This document shows positions 61,661 through 64,000 of a stretch of DNA of 64,000 nt, one piece after another. Numbering within the stretch: position 1 is the stretch's first letter; each line of letters opens with the position of its first letter. Location of the stretch: assembly GCA_951406725.2 (NCBI GenBank), contig OX597822.1:88040001-88104000 (forward strand), in the 5' to 3' direction. The stretch is from Octopus vulgaris (taxonomy: Eukaryota). The notes beneath the pieces are model-generated. The model was given only the letters and a program-made list of their open reading frames with translations. It did not search any database and had not been told where the DNA came from. Position numbers and translations under genes: made by a program.

Positions 61661-63386
61661 GAAAATGTATGTGTGTGTTTTTTAAATTCAGCAAAAAATA
61701 CCAACAGGTAAATGACCAAACTTAAAATAGCAGAACTGGGGTTGATTTGTTCAATTAAACCATCAAGGTACCCCAACATGCCTGCAGCTCAATGATTGAA
61801 ACAAGTCAAACATGAATGATAATATTTACTTTTGTTAGGACAATAAACTGTGGCAGTATATAATTCTCTACTGGTAAGTTCTGAGTTCAAATCTAACCAG
61901 CATTGATTTACTTTTGTTCATTAAGTACCTGAATATTTATAGAGTGGATTTTTTTCTGGCAAATATATTCTTTAAACATATGCCTTGTCCAAAAAACTTT
62001 ACTAAACTCTTGCAAAAGGTCAAATGTTAATTCTTGTACTTTGGAGAAATAATATTTACATTTTTAAAATAAAATTGAAAAAAAGTATAGTTAATGAAAA
62101 AATTTCTTGATTTAAAAGCAATAATTTCTCACAGTTGTGGCTGTGTGGTAATAAGTTTGCTTCCCAACAACAAGGTTCCAGGTTTGGTCCCACTGTGTGT
62201 CACCTAGCAAGTGTCTTCTTCTATTATCCTAGACTGACCAAAGCTTTGTGAGTGGATTTGGTATGTGGAAAGTGAAAGAAGCCTGTTGAATATATTTATG
62301 TGTATACACACACACACGCACACACATACGTATGCATGTATATATCTGTGTATGTCTTTGTGATTGTGTATTCCTCACCCTCACTTGACAACCAGTGTGG
62401 GTAAGTTACATCCTCATAACTTAGCAGTTCAGCAGGAGTCCAATAGAAGCATTAAGCTTATAAAAGTAAGTATTGGGGTCAATTACTTTAATTAAAACCC
62501 TTTCAAGGCAGTGCCCCAGCATGGCTGCAGTCCAATGGTTGAAACAACTAAAAGATACAAAATACAGTGAATCTGTCGCAGTGATACATTTTCCGGTTGC
62601 CGAAGCATAGCATGAGCCTGAACTGGTTTGCAATTCATAATTTTTTTTTTTTTTTTGAGTCTTTTCACTCCAAAATGGGGAAAAAACAACAAACAAAAAA
62701 CACAGGCTCGCAGGCAAAATGGCAACAGTATTCAACAAAATTCAACAACTTCAATCATAGGCATACCTGCAAGGGAGAACCTTCAACAAAAGATAACACG
62801 ATTTATCTGCGACAGGAATCACAAATGATTTAACAGCAAATTTTGGTGCATACGACACTGTTCTGCTATTTCTATCATGCATACATATTTATACATTTCA
62901 GAACCATTCCTTTATCCATTCATGGGAGTGTTCAGATTCCATCATAACACACCCAGATTTCTTTGTCAAATCTATTGCTTATTTATTCACAGTGTTTTGA
63001 ATTTATCATACATTATTGTGTAGCTTCAGGATTTCAATGGTGTGTTTGCATACTTTTTGAATGACATTGTAGGGTAGGTGTGATAGTTTGAATATGATCA
63101 GCTTTATCAAAAAACAGGTAGAATATGGCTAAAGGGTTAATACTCAAAATCATTTCAAGTGGAGACATCAATGGATCAATATTGACCAAATTGTTGACCC
63201 CAGTTCTAATGCTTCCTTGGTTTTTCTTTTTATTTTCTTGAATAATAATTAAAATTACAGGAAGCAGACGAACAGAATAACCCAGGCATATCCATAGAGT
63301 CAATATAGTTTAGTTATTCTGGTCCCTAAATTCTTACTATACTCCACATTTTATCATTTTTCTTTTTTTTGTTATATTTCTATCAG

Positions 63387-63503
63387 GAATTTGAAGATCA
63401 GTTGAAAAAGAATATATCAGAAATAGAAAAACTTCAAGATATGACTCGAGATAATCTAACTAAAACTGAAGATGTTGTGGATGATATCAAGAAAAAGAAT
63501 AAG
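63387..63503 (+). CDS. LanA: Laminin alpha exon 26 (coiled coil)
   Basis: tatcag/gtttgt; EFEDQLKKNISEIEKLQDMTRDNLTKTEDVVDDIKKKNK; phase 0 to 0. Confidence 0.85.
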
Positions 63504-63947
63504 GTTTGTATTTATTATTGATTATAGAAAACAAGTTATCAATTTATCAGATCTTTTTTATATTCTTGCTTTAAAATTCATTTGTGTTTTACTCATCACC
63601 CACCATTTAAAAAAAAAAAAAAAACTGTTACAAAAGTGACAAAAAATATATATATTTTTAATAAGGATGTCTATTGCAGCTAATCCTTCATTCATCATAT
63701 CCAACAGCTATACCTTTGTCTGTCATTGCCAATAGACATACTTCCATCTATCACAGCCAACAGCCAAATCTATTTTTGTCGCAGCTAACAGCTATATCTT
63801 TCTTTATCTCAGTGGACAGTTAGATCTTCAGCTATCACAGTTCATGGCTGTACCTTTGTCTATCATAAAACCCTGCATCCTTTTTATATAGTCTCATTCA
63901 AGACCAATATGATTTTGTTCTTCCCATTTTTTTTTTTATTATCTCAG

Positions 63948-64000
63948 ATGCTGCCAAAACTGCTTTCCAGGCTTGATGCGGCCATAGATCGACTACGTTT
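63948..64000 (+). CDS. LanA: Laminin alpha exon 27 (runs off the window)
   Basis: Long poly-T tract then tctcag; phase-0 frame MLPKLLSRLDAAIDRLR open to the window end. Confidence 0.75.
   Translation, partial: MLPKLLSRLDAAIDRLR

Larger units (their letters stand above)
664..64000 (+). other. LanA: Laminin subunit alpha gene span (alpha3/5, LanA-like), partial, 27 exons in window
   Basis: Manually spliced exons give one open frame with L4 - LE - L4b(IV type A) - LE - coiled-coil order. All introns are GT-AG and phases match. The extra Cys pair in the LE repeat CTCDTCG...GFKDCNGC is as in alpha5/LanA chains. Confidence 0.93.

Overview
AT-rich, microsatellite-dense animal genomic DNA. The SINE, Penelope and RTE repeat content looks like a coleoid cephalopod such as Octopus, which is an inference. 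The whole window is the middle of one plus-strand gene for a laminin alpha chain of the alpha3/5 (Drosophila LanA-like) type. I could thread 27 GT-AG exons with fully consistent phases (about 3.46 kb, about 1150 aa): end of the first globular L4 domain, LE repeats, the laminin IV type A (L4b) domain, more LE repeats, then the start of the coiled coil. Start and stop codons lie outside the window. The introns hold two mariner pseudo-elements, a young 5'-truncated R4/Dong-type retrotransposon in a (TAA)n tract with an intact 836-aa RT-zinc knuckle-RLE frame, RTE/CR1/Penelope/Gypsy fragments, Helitron-like elements, MITEs and tRNA-derived SINEs. The most unusual structures are: (1) a 364-bp tandem unit with a 257-bp fold-back carrying a minimal hammerhead-like motif with a U3-A8 core, resembling a retrozyme; (2) further hammerhead-like motifs whose core-complete copies are all antisense to the host gene; (3) eleven 31-bp copies of the retrotransposon's own 5' tip at its truncation junction; (4) an RTE insertion with a twin-priming-type 5' inversion and a 13-bp TSD; (5) a perfect 22-nt intronic complement bracketing four in-frame exons.
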